A stretch of DNA of 41,503 bases from Thermoplasmata archaeon (GTDB taxonomy: Archaea; Thermoplasmatota; SW-10-69-26; JACQPN01; JAJPHT01): assembly GCA_034667685.1 (NCBI GenBank), contig JAXDQU010000009.1, positions 1 to 41,503 of the forward strand, read 5' to 3'. The translations under genes were made by a program, and so were the position numbers. Every line of letters starts with the position of its first letter. Position 1 is the first letter of the stretch. Shown here in pieces: positions 33,776-41,503 of the stretch. The notes under the pieces are model-generated. The model was given only the letters and a program-made list of their open reading frames with translations. It had not been told where the DNA came from and made no database searches.

Positions 33776-35653
33776 ATGACCGCACGTCTTCGCTTGGGTT
33801 GCCTCGTCTGGGCCGCCCTCCTTCTCGCCATGACCTTCCAGGGCGTCCTCCCCTCCGCGGGCGCCGCCGTCGTCACCCCCGCCTTCCGGGTCGCGGCCGC
33901 GCCCGGCGTGTCGGCCCAGCTCAACGCCGGCGAGCCCTCGATCGGCCTCGACCCGGCCACCGGCGCGCTCCTCTACCAGGCGGGCGTCTCCACGATGCGC
34001 ATCGACCTCTCCTCGTGGCCCCCGACGTGGACCGGCGTCACCTCCACCTACAGCCGCTTCAACATCGACCCCATCCTCGCGACCGACAGCGCGACCGGCC
34101 GCACGTGGGCCGGCGGCCTCGACGGCGGATGCAGCGTCCTCTCCTACACGGACAACGACGGGACCGACTGGTCGCCCACCGGCAACTCCTGCGCCGTCCC
34201 CTCGTGGGACCACGAGACGATCGGCTCGGGCCCCTACGCCGGCAGCACGCCCGTGGGCGCCACGTACTCGCGCATCCTCTACTACTGCGCCCAGGAGTCC
34301 GAGGCCCAGTGCTCGACGAGCACCAACGGCGGCCTGACGTTCGGCCCCGGGACGCTCCTCGCGTGCGGCAGCCTCCAGGGCCACGTCAAGGTGGCCTCCG
34401 ACGGCACCGCCTACGTGCCCAACCGCAACTGCGGCAGCCACCCCGGCTTCTCCGTCAGCACGAACAACGGCATGAGCTGGTCCCAGGCCAACGTGCCCAA
34501 CGGCTCCGTCCCGGGCTCGGGCTTCGACCCCTCGGTGGCCGTGACCACCCACAACTGGGCCTACCTCGCCTGGCAGAACGGCAACAACCACCCCTACGTC
34601 GCGCTCACCAAGAACCGCGGCGGAAGCTGGCTCAACGTCACCGACCTCTCCACGACGTACACGCCCAACATCGTGACCTCGACGTTCCAGGCCGCCGTCG
34701 CGGGCGACGACAACCGCGCCGCGGTCGCCTACCTCGGCAGCTCCACCGGCGGCAACCCCTTCGCCGCCGGCTGGAACGGCGTCTGGGACCTCTACGTCTC
34801 CACCACCACCAACGGCGGCGGGACGTGGACCACCGTGAAGGTCACGGACGACCCGGTCCAGCGCGGCTGGATCTGCTCGGCCGGCATCTCGTGCAACAGC
34901 GGGCGCAACCTCCTCGACTTCATGGACGCCACGAAGGACGCCGCGGGCCACGTCATCGTCGGGTTCGCCGACGGCTGCGTGGGCGCGTGCGCCACCGGCT
35001 CGGGCGCCAGCACGAGCGCGGTGCCCACCATCGCTGTGCAGTCGGGCGGAAGCCCGCTCTACGCGGCGAACGACCCCGCGGCCGCCTCCGCGCCCGCGGC
35101 GCCCGTGCTATCAGGCGCGGCGGGCAACAGCTCCAACTCGCTCTCCTGGACGGAGCCCGCGAGCAACGGCGGCGCGATCACCGGCTACAGCGTGTGGCGC
35201 GGCACGACCTCGGGCGGCGAGACGCTGCTCGCGAGCATCGGCCGCAACACGAGCTACGTCGACAAGGGCGCCATCAACGGCAACACGTACTACTACGAGG
35301 TCAAGGCGATCAACGGCGTGGGCACGGGCTCGGCGTCCAACGAGGTCACGCTCGCGCCGCCGCAGCTGGTGCCCACGGCGCCGACCAACGTGCAGACGGT
35401 CGGCGCGCCGGCGCACACCTTCATCGCCGTCTCGTGGAACGCGCCCACGAACGGAGGCGGCTCCGCCGTCACCAACTACACCGTGTACCGCAGCACGGTG
35501 TCGGGCGCGGAGACCGTGCTCGCGGTGCTGGGCAACGTGACGAGCTACACCGACAACGACGTGTCGGCGCTCACCACGTACTACTACTACGTCACCGCGA
35601 CCAACGGCTACGGAGAAGGGAACCCGTCCGTCGAGGTCGCGCGGACGGCGTAA
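33776..35653 (+). CDS. Secreted Asp-box/BNR (sialidase-like) protein with two C-terminal Fn3 domains
   Basis: Signal peptide, TDNDGTDW / STNGGLTF / TTNGGGTW boxes and Fn3 SWTEPASNGG...YYYEVKAIN twice. Paralog of 17573-18868. Confidence 0.85.
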   Translation: MTARLRLGCLVWAALLLAMTFQGVLPSAGAAVVTPAFRVAAAPGVSAQLNAGEPSIGLDPATGALLYQAGVSTMRIDLSSWPPTWTGVTSTYSRFNIDPILATDSATGRTWAGGLDGGCSVLSYTDNDGTDWSPTGNSCAVPSWDHETIGSGPYAGSTPVGATYSRILYYCAQESEAQCSTSTNGGLTFGPGTLLACGSLQGHVKVASDGTAYVPNRNCGSHPGFSVSTNNGMSWSQANVPNGSVPGSGFDPSVAVTTHNWAYLAWQNGNNHPYVALTKNRGGSWLNVTDLSTTYTPNIVTSTFQAAVAGDDNRAAVAYLGSSTGGNPFAAGWNGVWDLYVSTTTNGGGTWTTVKVTDDPVQRGWICSAGISCNSGRNLLDFMDATKDAAGHVIVGFADGCVGACATGSGASTSAVPTIAVQSGGSPLYAANDPAAASAPAAPVLSGAAGNSSNSLSWTEPASNGGAITGYSVWRGTTSGGETLLASIGRNTSYVDKGAINGNTYYYEVKAINGVGTGSASNEVTLAPPQLVPTAPTNVQTVGAPAHTFIAVSWNAPTNGGGSAVTNYTVYRSTVSGAETVLAVLGNVTSYTDNDVSALTTYYYYVTATNGYGEGNPSVEVARTA

Positions 35654-35688
35654 GAAGGAAAGAGGGGCGGGCGCAGGGCGCCCGCCCC
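35654..35688 (-). terminator. GC hairpin between convergent genes with pyrimidine tract on the minus strand
   Basis: GGGGCGGGCGC/GCGCCCGCCCC stem (35664-35688), followed on the minus strand by TCTTTCCTTC. Confidence 0.65.
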
Positions 35689-35692
35689 GGGC

Positions 35693-36034
35693 CTACAGGT
35701 TCAGCCTGCGCTCGAGCTCGGAGGCGCGCGCCAGCGGGATCTGCTGGCGCTCCAGCTGGTAGCGGATGCGGCTCTTGTCGGCCGTGATCCAGTCGACGTG
35801 GGGCCGGCGCTCGCCTTCGAAGGAGACGCCGCCCCGGCCGTGGCCACGGCTGACGTTCGCGCCGCGCCGCATCTGGAGGTCCTGGTCGCGCGGCTCCAGG
35901 AAGATCTCGGAGTCGAAGGCGCGGACGCGCTTCCACGACTTCAGCGCGGTCGAGAAGCGATTGCGGCGCTCCGTGCGGGCGCTGTGCCAGTGGTGCCTCT
36001 TGTAGGGCTCGTTGCTGCGTCGGGTCTTCGGCAT
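35693..36034 (-). CDS. Small, very basic hypothetical protein (113 aa)
   Basis: MPKTRRSNEPYKRHHWHSARTERRNRF... with coding-like GC3, its own promoter and terminator, and SD-like GGTG. Confidence 0.75.
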   Translation of the reverse strand: MPKTRRSNEPYKRHHWHSARTERRNRFSTALKSWKRVRAFDSEIFLEPRDQDLQMRRGANVSRGHGRGGVSFEGERRPHVDWITADKSRIRYQLERQQIPLARASELERRLNL

Positions 36035-36048
36035 CGTACACACCACTT

Positions 36049-36107
36049 CTTGTCAGGCGGCGGGGCCGGTCCCACGGGTGGGAGGTCCTTCGCGCCGGTC
36101 TGACAAG
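36049..36107 (-). promoter_or_regulatory. Candidate structured 5' leader
   Basis: CTTGTCAG...CTGACAAG closing stem with internal GGCG/CGCC and TCCCA/TGGGA pairings, beginning about 24 nt downstream of a TATA box. Confidence 0.5.
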
Positions 36108-36130
36108 GATCCCTTGGGCGCCTCACGCGC

Positions 36131-36145
36131 TATAACCCCTTCTTT
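36131..36145 (-). promoter_or_regulatory. Candidate BRE/TATA promoter
   Basis: Minus strand reads AAAGAAGGGGTTATA upstream of the 35693-36034 gene. Confidence 0.65.
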
Positions 36146-36297
36146 GGGGCCACCGGAAACGGCGCGGGTCCCCCGGAGAAATGACAAGGGGGGCCCGTCG
36201 GAACAGCGGCATGTTCTTGGGTCCTGCGCCCCTACACGAGGGGCCTTCAAGTGCGCGCGCTTGCTTGCCCACTCGTGGGCGCGTTCGAGGGACCTTG

Positions 36298-37056
36298 ATG
36301 CCACCCGGATCCGGGCGCCGCGTGGGCGGCTGGGGCGTGATGGCGGCGACGATCCTGTTCGTCGCGGGCGCGGCCGTGCTCACCGAGGCGGCGTACGCGC
36401 TCCAGCGTCAGGCCGCGCAGCTCGATCCCTCCCGCTCGCGCTTCGAGGCGACGGGCGTGCAGGGCATCGTGGGCGCGGGCCTCGGCGCGGCGGGCCTCGT
36501 ACTGCTCCTCGTCTTCGGCATCGTCTTCCTCGTGGGCTCCAACCGCGCGCGGCGCCGCGACGTTCCCCTGGAGCGCGCGCCGGGCGTGGCGGCCGGCGCC
36601 TCGGGCCTCGTCGCGCTGCTCACGCTGCTCTTCATCCTCGCCGCGCCCGTGGGCCCGCTCCAGGTCACGCTGGGCACGGTGGCGGGCGGTGGCGCGCACG
36701 CGGTCGAGGTGCGCACGTTCGAGGGCAACCTGACCGCAGCCACCGTGAACGGCGTGCCCACGAAGGAGAACACGCACACGATCGACCTCGTCGCGAGGAG
36801 CGGCGCGATCCGCGTGCGCATGGTCTCGGGCGGCCAGGGCGCCAGCGCGCATGATATCACCGCCGTCGCGATCCTCGAGGCGCCCGACGGGAGCGGCGGC
36901 TGGCGCGAGGTGACGCGGACGTCGCCGACGCAGGACTCGGCCGTCGACGTGCCCGCGGCGACCTACCTGGGCGACCTGCGGGCCCGCGTCCAGGTGGCGG
37001 ACGGCGCGGCCGGCCAGGTGAGGTACGCGCTGGCGTTCAGCTTCGCGCCCAGCTAG
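36298..37056 (+). CDS. Hypothetical membrane protein (three TM segments plus C-terminal beta-rich domain)
   Basis: Three hydrophobic segments followed by a beta-strand-rich domain. Start is 36298 or 36340. Confidence 0.65.
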   Translation: MPPGSGRRVGGWGVMAATILFVAGAAVLTEAAYALQRQAAQLDPSRSRFEATGVQGIVGAGLGAAGLVLLLVFGIVFLVGSNRARRRDVPLERAPGVAAGASGLVALLTLLFILAAPVGPLQVTLGTVAGGGAHAVEVRTFEGNLTAATVNGVPTKENTHTIDLVARSGAIRVRMVSGGQGASAHDITAVAILEAPDGSGGWREVTRTSPTQDSAVDVPAATYLGDLRARVQVADGAAGQVRYALAFSFAPS

Positions 37057-37080
37057 GAGCCGGGCGTCGCGACCGCGCGC

Positions 37081-37713
37081 TCAGTCGACGAGGCCCAGCT
37101 CGACGCCCGTGTCGGTGGAGACGCCCATGCGCTTCTCGCAGTAGGTGCCCGTCGACTCGAAGCAGCCGGTGAAGGCGCCGCCGGTGGTGCCCCGGGTCCC
37201 GCAGCCGAAGATGGCGCCGTTGGGCGCGGGGTAGGCGGGCTGCACGTAGCCGGGGACGTTGTCGAAGTGGTGGTACCCGCTGCTGTACTGGCTGGTGTAG
37301 ATCCAGCACGAGACGTAGCAGCCGCGGTCCTTGTAGTACTGCTCGACGATGCCGAAGCCGAAGCTGCCGCGGCGCGTGTAGTAGGTGCCCCAGAGGGTGT
37401 CGTCGCAGCCGTGGCCGCCGCAGCCGTCGGAGTAGCCGCCGTCCGCGGCGTAGAGGCCCCAGTTGGGGATGTTGACGTAGCCGTGGAGGTTCGTCGTGCT
37501 CCGGTCGCAGCCGCTGTCGAGGGCGACGTCGCCGACGCTCAGCGCGGGCTCGGTGTAGCCGGAAAGGTCCGGAAGGCTGAGGGCCGGGACCTCGCCGATG
37601 ACCACGATGGGGTCCGGGACGCCCACGGGCTCCGCGGCCACGTTGGGGGCAAGCATGGTGGGGATCGCCATGATGGCGACGGACGCCATCACGAGAAGAA
37701 TCGAGGTTCGCAT
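37081..37713 (-). CDS. Secreted Cys/Tyr/Gly-rich hypothetical protein
   Basis: Signal peptide MRTSILLVMASVAIMAIPTMLAPNVAA and eight Cys in a Tyr/Gly-rich domain. Confidence 0.7.
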   Translation of the reverse strand: MRTSILLVMASVAIMAIPTMLAPNVAAEPVGVPDPIVVIGEVPALSLPDLSGYTEPALSVGDVALDSGCDRSTTNLHGYVNIPNWGLYAADGGYSDGCGGHGCDDTLWGTYYTRRGSFGFGIVEQYYKDRGCYVSCWIYTSQYSSGYHHFDNVPGYVQPAYPAPNGAIFGCGTRGTTGGAFTGCFESTGTYCEKRMGVSTDTGVELGLVD

Positions 37714-37792
37714 GGTGTTTCACGTGCCGCCGAGGCGGCGAGGCGAGAATCTTCAGGGGGATGAAGAGTCGATGCGCGGACCCTTTGCTAGG

Positions 37793-39601
37793 TCATTCCT
37801 CGTCCTTGCCGCCGCCCGACACCTGCGTGTAGAAATATTCCCCGATGCCGCGCTGCTCGCGGTCGAGGCGCGAGCCGGGCTTGTTGACGCGGGGCCGCAG
37901 CGTCTCGCGGTCGCGGCGGAACGTGATATCAACGGACCGCAGGAACTGGTTCATGCCCTCGCGCAGGTCGTAGGGTCCCGAGCCGACGCCGCGCTTGCCG
38001 GGCTCGCCGCCGAAGACCATCAGCGAGTCGCACATGACGTCGATCATGTAGACGTCGTGGTCGACGACGAGCGCGCTGCGGCCGCGGTTCTCCATGACGC
38101 GGCGGATGACCTTCGCCGCGATCATGCGCTGGTCGACGTCGAGGTAGGCGCTGGGCTCGTCGATGAGGTAGAGCTCGGCCTCCTTGCCCAGGCAGAGCGC
38201 GATGGCGACCCGTTGAAGCTCGCCGCCGGAAAGCTCGCTGACCTTCTTCTGCTCCAGGCGCTTGAGCTGCAGCGGGCGCGCGATCTCGTTCTGGAAGAAG
38301 GAGGTCTGGTAGTCCTTGCCCAGCTGCGTGTAGAAGATCGTCTCGACGGTCTCCTCGATGTCGGCCTTGACGTACTGGGGCTTGTAGGCGACGCGGACGG
38401 TCGCCTCGATCGCGCCTTCGGTGGGCTTCTCGACGCCGGCGAGCATCTTGACGAAGGTGGTCTTGCCGGTGGCGTTGGCGCCCACGATGCCGACCACTTC
38501 GCCCTGCTTGATCTCGCCCGCGCCCGTCTCCAGCGTGAACTCGCCCTGGACGCGCTTGAGCGCGGGGAACTCGACGATGGACACGCCCGACCACTGGTGG
38601 CGGGGCGGGTGCTCCTCGAACTCGATCTCGTTGTCGCGGAAGCGGATGTTCTCCTCGCGCATCTCGCCGCTGAGGTAGACGTTGATCGCGGTGCGCACGG
38701 GGCGGGGCAGCGCGACGATGCCGTAGGCGCCCTCCTTGCCGTAGAGCAGGTGCACGTTGTCGGCGAGGAAGTCCAGGACCGCGAGGTCGTGCTCGATGAC
38801 GACGACCGCCTTGCCGTGCACGTCGGCCAATTCGCGGATGGCGCGCGCGACGTTGAGGCGCTGGTGGATGTCGAGGTAGGACGAGGGCTCGTCGATGAAG
38901 TAGACGTCGGCGTCGCGCGCGAGCGCCACCGCGATGGCGAAGCGCTGCAATTCGCCCCCGGAGAGCTTCTCGATCTCGCGGTCGACGACGCTCTCCAGCT
39001 CGAAGCGCCGGATGATATCATCGAAGATCTTGCGCTCGTCGGCCTTCTTGAGCAGCTCGCGCACGGTGCCCTTGACCGCGCGCCCGAGCTTGTCGACGTA
39101 CTGCGGCTTGACGACGGACTTGATCTTGCCCGCCGCGACCTTGCCCAGCCAGTCGCCAAGCTCGGTGCCGCCGTATTTCGATAGCACCTTGTCCCAGGTC
39201 GCCTTCTGCTCGAACTCGCCCAGGTTGGGGATCTCCTGGCCCGAGAGGATGCGGATGGCGCTCGACTTGCCGATGCCGTTGGGGCCCAGGAGGCCGACCA
39301 CGCGGCCGGCCTTCGGCACGGGCAGGCGGAAGAGCGTGAACTGGTTCTCGCCGTAGCGGTGGATGAGGTCCTCCTCGAGCATCTCGGGGAGGTTGACGAT
39401 GTGGATCGCGTCGAAGGGGCACTTGTTCACGCAGATGCCGCAGCCGATGCACAGCTCCTCGCTGATGATGGCCTTGCCCTGGTCGGGCCCGGGCTGGATG
39501 CACTCGGTGATGCCCTGCCGCACGACGGGACAGAACGTGACGCACTCGTACTGGCACTTCTTGGGCTGGCAGCGATCCTTCTCGACGACCGCGATCCTCA
39601 T
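37793..39601 (-). CDS. rli: Ribosome recycling ATPase ABCE1/RLI
   Basis: N-terminal Fe-S CQPKKCQYECVTFCP...CIGCGICVNKCPF and two NBDs (GPNGIGKS, GANATGKT, LSGGELQR twice). Confidence 0.97.
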   Translation of the reverse strand: MRIAVVEKDRCQPKKCQYECVTFCPVVRQGITECIQPGPDQGKAIISEELCIGCGICVNKCPFDAIHIVNLPEMLEEDLIHRYGENQFTLFRLPVPKAGRVVGLLGPNGIGKSSAIRILSGQEIPNLGEFEQKATWDKVLSKYGGTELGDWLGKVAAGKIKSVVKPQYVDKLGRAVKGTVRELLKKADERKIFDDIIRRFELESVVDREIEKLSGGELQRFAIAVALARDADVYFIDEPSSYLDIHQRLNVARAIRELADVHGKAVVVIEHDLAVLDFLADNVHLLYGKEGAYGIVALPRPVRTAINVYLSGEMREENIRFRDNEIEFEEHPPRHQWSGVSIVEFPALKRVQGEFTLETGAGEIKQGEVVGIVGANATGKTTFVKMLAGVEKPTEGAIEATVRVAYKPQYVKADIEETVETIFYTQLGKDYQTSFFQNEIARPLQLKRLEQKKVSELSGGELQRVAIALCLGKEAELYLIDEPSAYLDVDQRMIAAKVIRRVMENRGRSALVVDHDVYMIDVMCDSLMVFGGEPGKRGVGSGPYDLREGMNQFLRSVDITFRRDRETLRPRVNKPGSRLDREQRGIGEYFYTQVSGGGKDEE

Positions 39602-39654
39602 CTGACGGGCCGGCGAGCGGGCCTCTTTGTCAAATACCTATGCGGCTCGGGGGC

Positions 39655-39743
39655 GGGGCTCTGGGCTCAGGACTCTGGACTCGGGGCTCCCGCTTGCTTG
39701 CATCCGGAGAGCCCCGAGTCCAGAGTCCTGAGCCCAGAGCCCC
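39655..39743. repeat. Perfect 35-bp inverted repeat built from GGRCTCN heptamers
   Basis: 39655-39689 is the exact reverse complement of 39709-39743, with a 19-nt spacer. Confidence 0.95.
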
Positions 39744-39782
39744 TTCAGAACCATTATTCGCCATCGCGTGCGGTCCGGTCGC

Positions 39783-40529
39783 GTGGCCTCGCAGGACCCG
39801 CGCCAGGACGCCTTGCGTCGCGCGATGGAGCGCGCGCGGGGCGCGGTGCCCGAGGTCAGCCCGGCGATGCGCTTCGAGCTTCGCCGCAAGGTGCTGCACG
39901 TCCTCGTCGCCATCGTCGCGGTGCCCGCGCTGCTCCTCCTTCCCTTCGGGCTCGTGTTCGGGCTGGCGCTCGCCGGCATCCTCGTCATCACGCTCGTGTG
40001 GGCCATCGACCGGCGCTACCTGAAGCCGGACGCGCGCCTGCCGCGCCTGCACGAGCCGCTCCAGAAGATCCTCCGCGCCACGCGCCGCGAGGGCGAGGAC
40101 TTCCCCTTCTCGCCGGTGCTCTACACGTTCGCGCTCGTCGTCATCGGCGTCGCGCACGTCGCCATCGGCCTGCCGTGGACGCTCGCCTTCGCCGCCTTCG
40201 CCATTCTCGGCCTGGGCGACGCGGCCAGCGCGCTCGTGGGCGTCGCGTACGGCCGCACGAAGCTCGCCTGGAACCGCAAGAAGAGCTGGGAGGGCACGGC
40301 CGCCGGCCTCGTCGCGGGCTTCCTCGCCGGGCTCGTGATGGCGTCGATCCCGTACGTCTTCGCGGGCGTCCCCGTCCCGCCGGCGCTCCTGGGCGTCGTG
40401 CTGGCGGGCGCCGCCGCGGGGGCGCTGGCCGAGACGATCCCGCGCGTGGAGGACAACCTCGTCGTGCCGCTGGCGGCGGCCGCGGCGATGTACCTCCTGG
40501 CGGCGCAGGTCGCCCTGCCGCTCCCGTGA
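39783..40529 (+). CDS. Dolichol/phytol kinase-like (SEC59/CTP-dependent polyprenol kinase family) membrane protein
   Basis: ELRRKVLH, GLGDAASALVG...KKSWEG and EDNLVVP. TATA-like CATTATT about 25 nt upstream of the GTG. Confidence 0.85.
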   Translation: MASQDPRQDALRRAMERARGAVPEVSPAMRFELRRKVLHVLVAIVAVPALLLLPFGLVFGLALAGILVITLVWAIDRRYLKPDARLPRLHEPLQKILRATRREGEDFPFSPVLYTFALVVIGVAHVAIGLPWTLAFAAFAILGLGDAASALVGVAYGRTKLAWNRKKSWEGTAAGLVAGFLAGLVMASIPYVFAGVPVPPALLGVVLAGAAAGALAETIPRVEDNLVVPLAAAAAMYLLAAQVALPLP

Positions 40530-40579
40530 CGGGCGTTGTTCCACAAGCTTCGCCCACGCGCCGCGGGCTCCGCACGCCG

Positions 40580-41437
40580 ATGTCCGACAAGCAGACGCTC
40601 CCGCCGCAGCACCAGAAGCATCAGCCGGGCCGCACCGCGCCGATGCGCCCGAAGCCGCAGGACAAGATGGAACGATATCAGCCCGCGGGCAAGCTCCAGG
40701 GCAAGCGCGCGCTCGTCACGGGCGGCGACTCGGGCATCGGCCGCGCGGTCGCCATCGGCTTCGCCAAGGAAGGCGCCGACGTCGCCATCGTCTACCTGGA
40801 GGAGACGGACGACGCGAAGGAGACGAAGCGCCTCGTCGAGGCCGAGGGGCGCCGCTGCCTGACCTTCCGGGGCGACGTGGGGCGCGAGGCGTTCTGCCGC
40901 GAGACGGTCGCGCGCGTCGTGGAAGGACTGGGCGGGCTCGACGTCCTCGTGAACAACGCCGGCGAGCAGCACACCGCCGAGGGCCCCGAGGAGATCGGCG
41001 AGGAGCAGCTCACGCGCACGTTCCGCACCAACGTCTTCGGCCCCTTCTTCATGACGAAGGCCGCGCTGGCGCACATGAAGGAAGGCGCCGCGATCCTCAA
41101 CACGACGTCCATCACGGCGTACCACGGCAACAAGGACCTCCTGGACTACAGCATGACGAAGGGCGCGATGGTGACGTTCACCCGCTCGCTGGCGATGCAG
41201 CTCGCCGAACGCAAGATCCGCGTCAACGCCGTGGCGCCCGGCCCCATCTGGACGCCGCTGATCCCCGCCTCCTTCGACGCGGAGAAGGTCGCGCAGTTCG
41301 GCAGCCAGACGCTCATGAAGCGCCCCGGCCAGCCCGACGAGGTGGCCCCGTCGTTCATCTTCCTCGCCAGCGACGACGCGTCCTACTTCACGGGACACGT
41401 CCTGCACCCCGACGGCGGACAATGGCATTCCGACTGA
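40580..41437 (+). CDS. SDR family oxidoreductase (YhdF/YghA/general-stress-protein-39 type)
   Basis: TGGDSGIG, NNAG, YSMTK and VNAVAPGPIWTPLI. Confidence 0.93.
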   Translation: MSDKQTLPPQHQKHQPGRTAPMRPKPQDKMERYQPAGKLQGKRALVTGGDSGIGRAVAIGFAKEGADVAIVYLEETDDAKETKRLVEAEGRRCLTFRGDVGREAFCRETVARVVEGLGGLDVLVNNAGEQHTAEGPEEIGEEQLTRTFRTNVFGPFFMTKAALAHMKEGAAILNTTSITAYHGNKDLLDYSMTKGAMVTFTRSLAMQLAERKIRVNAVAPGPIWTPLIPASFDAEKVAQFGSQTLMKRPGQPDEVAPSFIFLASDDASYFTGHVLHPDGGQWHSD

Positions 41438-41503
41438 CGACGAAGGGAGGTTGAGGGAGGCGCGGGGAGGCTGGGGGAGACGAAGGGAGGCGAGGGGCCC
41501 AGC
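41435..41503. repeat. Purine-rich element copy 3 (left arm only; truncated by window end)
   Basis: TGACGACGAAGGGAGG begins at the SDR stop codon, followed by GGGAGG-type units of about 9 nt. Confidence 0.75.

Noticed and set aside
33698-34951. N-terminal 400 aa of the 1286-aa ORF 31091-34951
   Set aside because: It is the antisense shadow of the plus-strand BNR gene. The real protein starts at the signal peptide near 33697.
36049-36107. Resemblance of the leader to a ZMP/ZTP riboswitch (GACxGGCG...CCAC...CGCC)
   Set aside because: It lacks the GGUGG/CCACCGGGGAGC and terminal CGCCUGGGC arrangement, and the downstream gene is not purine or folate related. Kept only as an unnamed structure.
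16790-41503. Repeats considered as CRISPR arrays
   Set aside because: There are no constant 25-40-nt repeats with unique spacers and no cas genes.
1-41503. Prophage or IS element
   Set aside because: No integrase, transposase, terminase or full capsid gene was recognised. The HK97-like similarity at 19486-19690 covers only an A-domain-sized segment.

Overview
High-GC chromosomal segment of an archaeon, most likely Thermoplasmatota or another euryarchaeal lineage. This is inferred from archaeal-type DnaG, UPF0058, UPF0146, COG3388-like HTH, ABCE1/RLI, TATA-like boxes and PGF-CTERM-like tails. About 40 CDS are present. Housekeeping genes: dnaG 3' end, RimI-like acetyltransferase, serB, azlCD, panE, a degenerate ThiI, dinB and ABCE1. 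There is a complete molybdenum-hydroxylase locus (mocA, xdhC, and small/large/FAD subunits of the 4-hydroxybenzoyl-CoA-reductase HcrCAB type). Many secreted or surface proteins occur: GH-like with paired Trp-rich repeats, two paralogous Asp-box/BNR proteins, Kelch-Fn3-PKD, beta-helix and Cys-rich proteins. No tRNA, rRNA, CRISPR or transposase was seen. The most unusual signals are: (i) six intergenic elements built from 6-9-nt tandem units, five seen as palindromes and one cut by the window end, three of them sharing the start TGA(CGA)CGACGAAGGGA, where the TGA is the upstream gene's stop codon in two cases; (ii) an orphan protein resembling a ferritin-like helical domain fused to an HK97/encapsulin A-domain, just upstream of the Mo-enzyme locus; (iii) a hairpin 5' leader in front of a small, very basic orphan protein; and (iv) a 56-codon ORF bridging a palindrome and apparently preserving translational coupling inside the Mo-enzyme operon. 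All family assignments come from motif recognition by eye, with no database searches.
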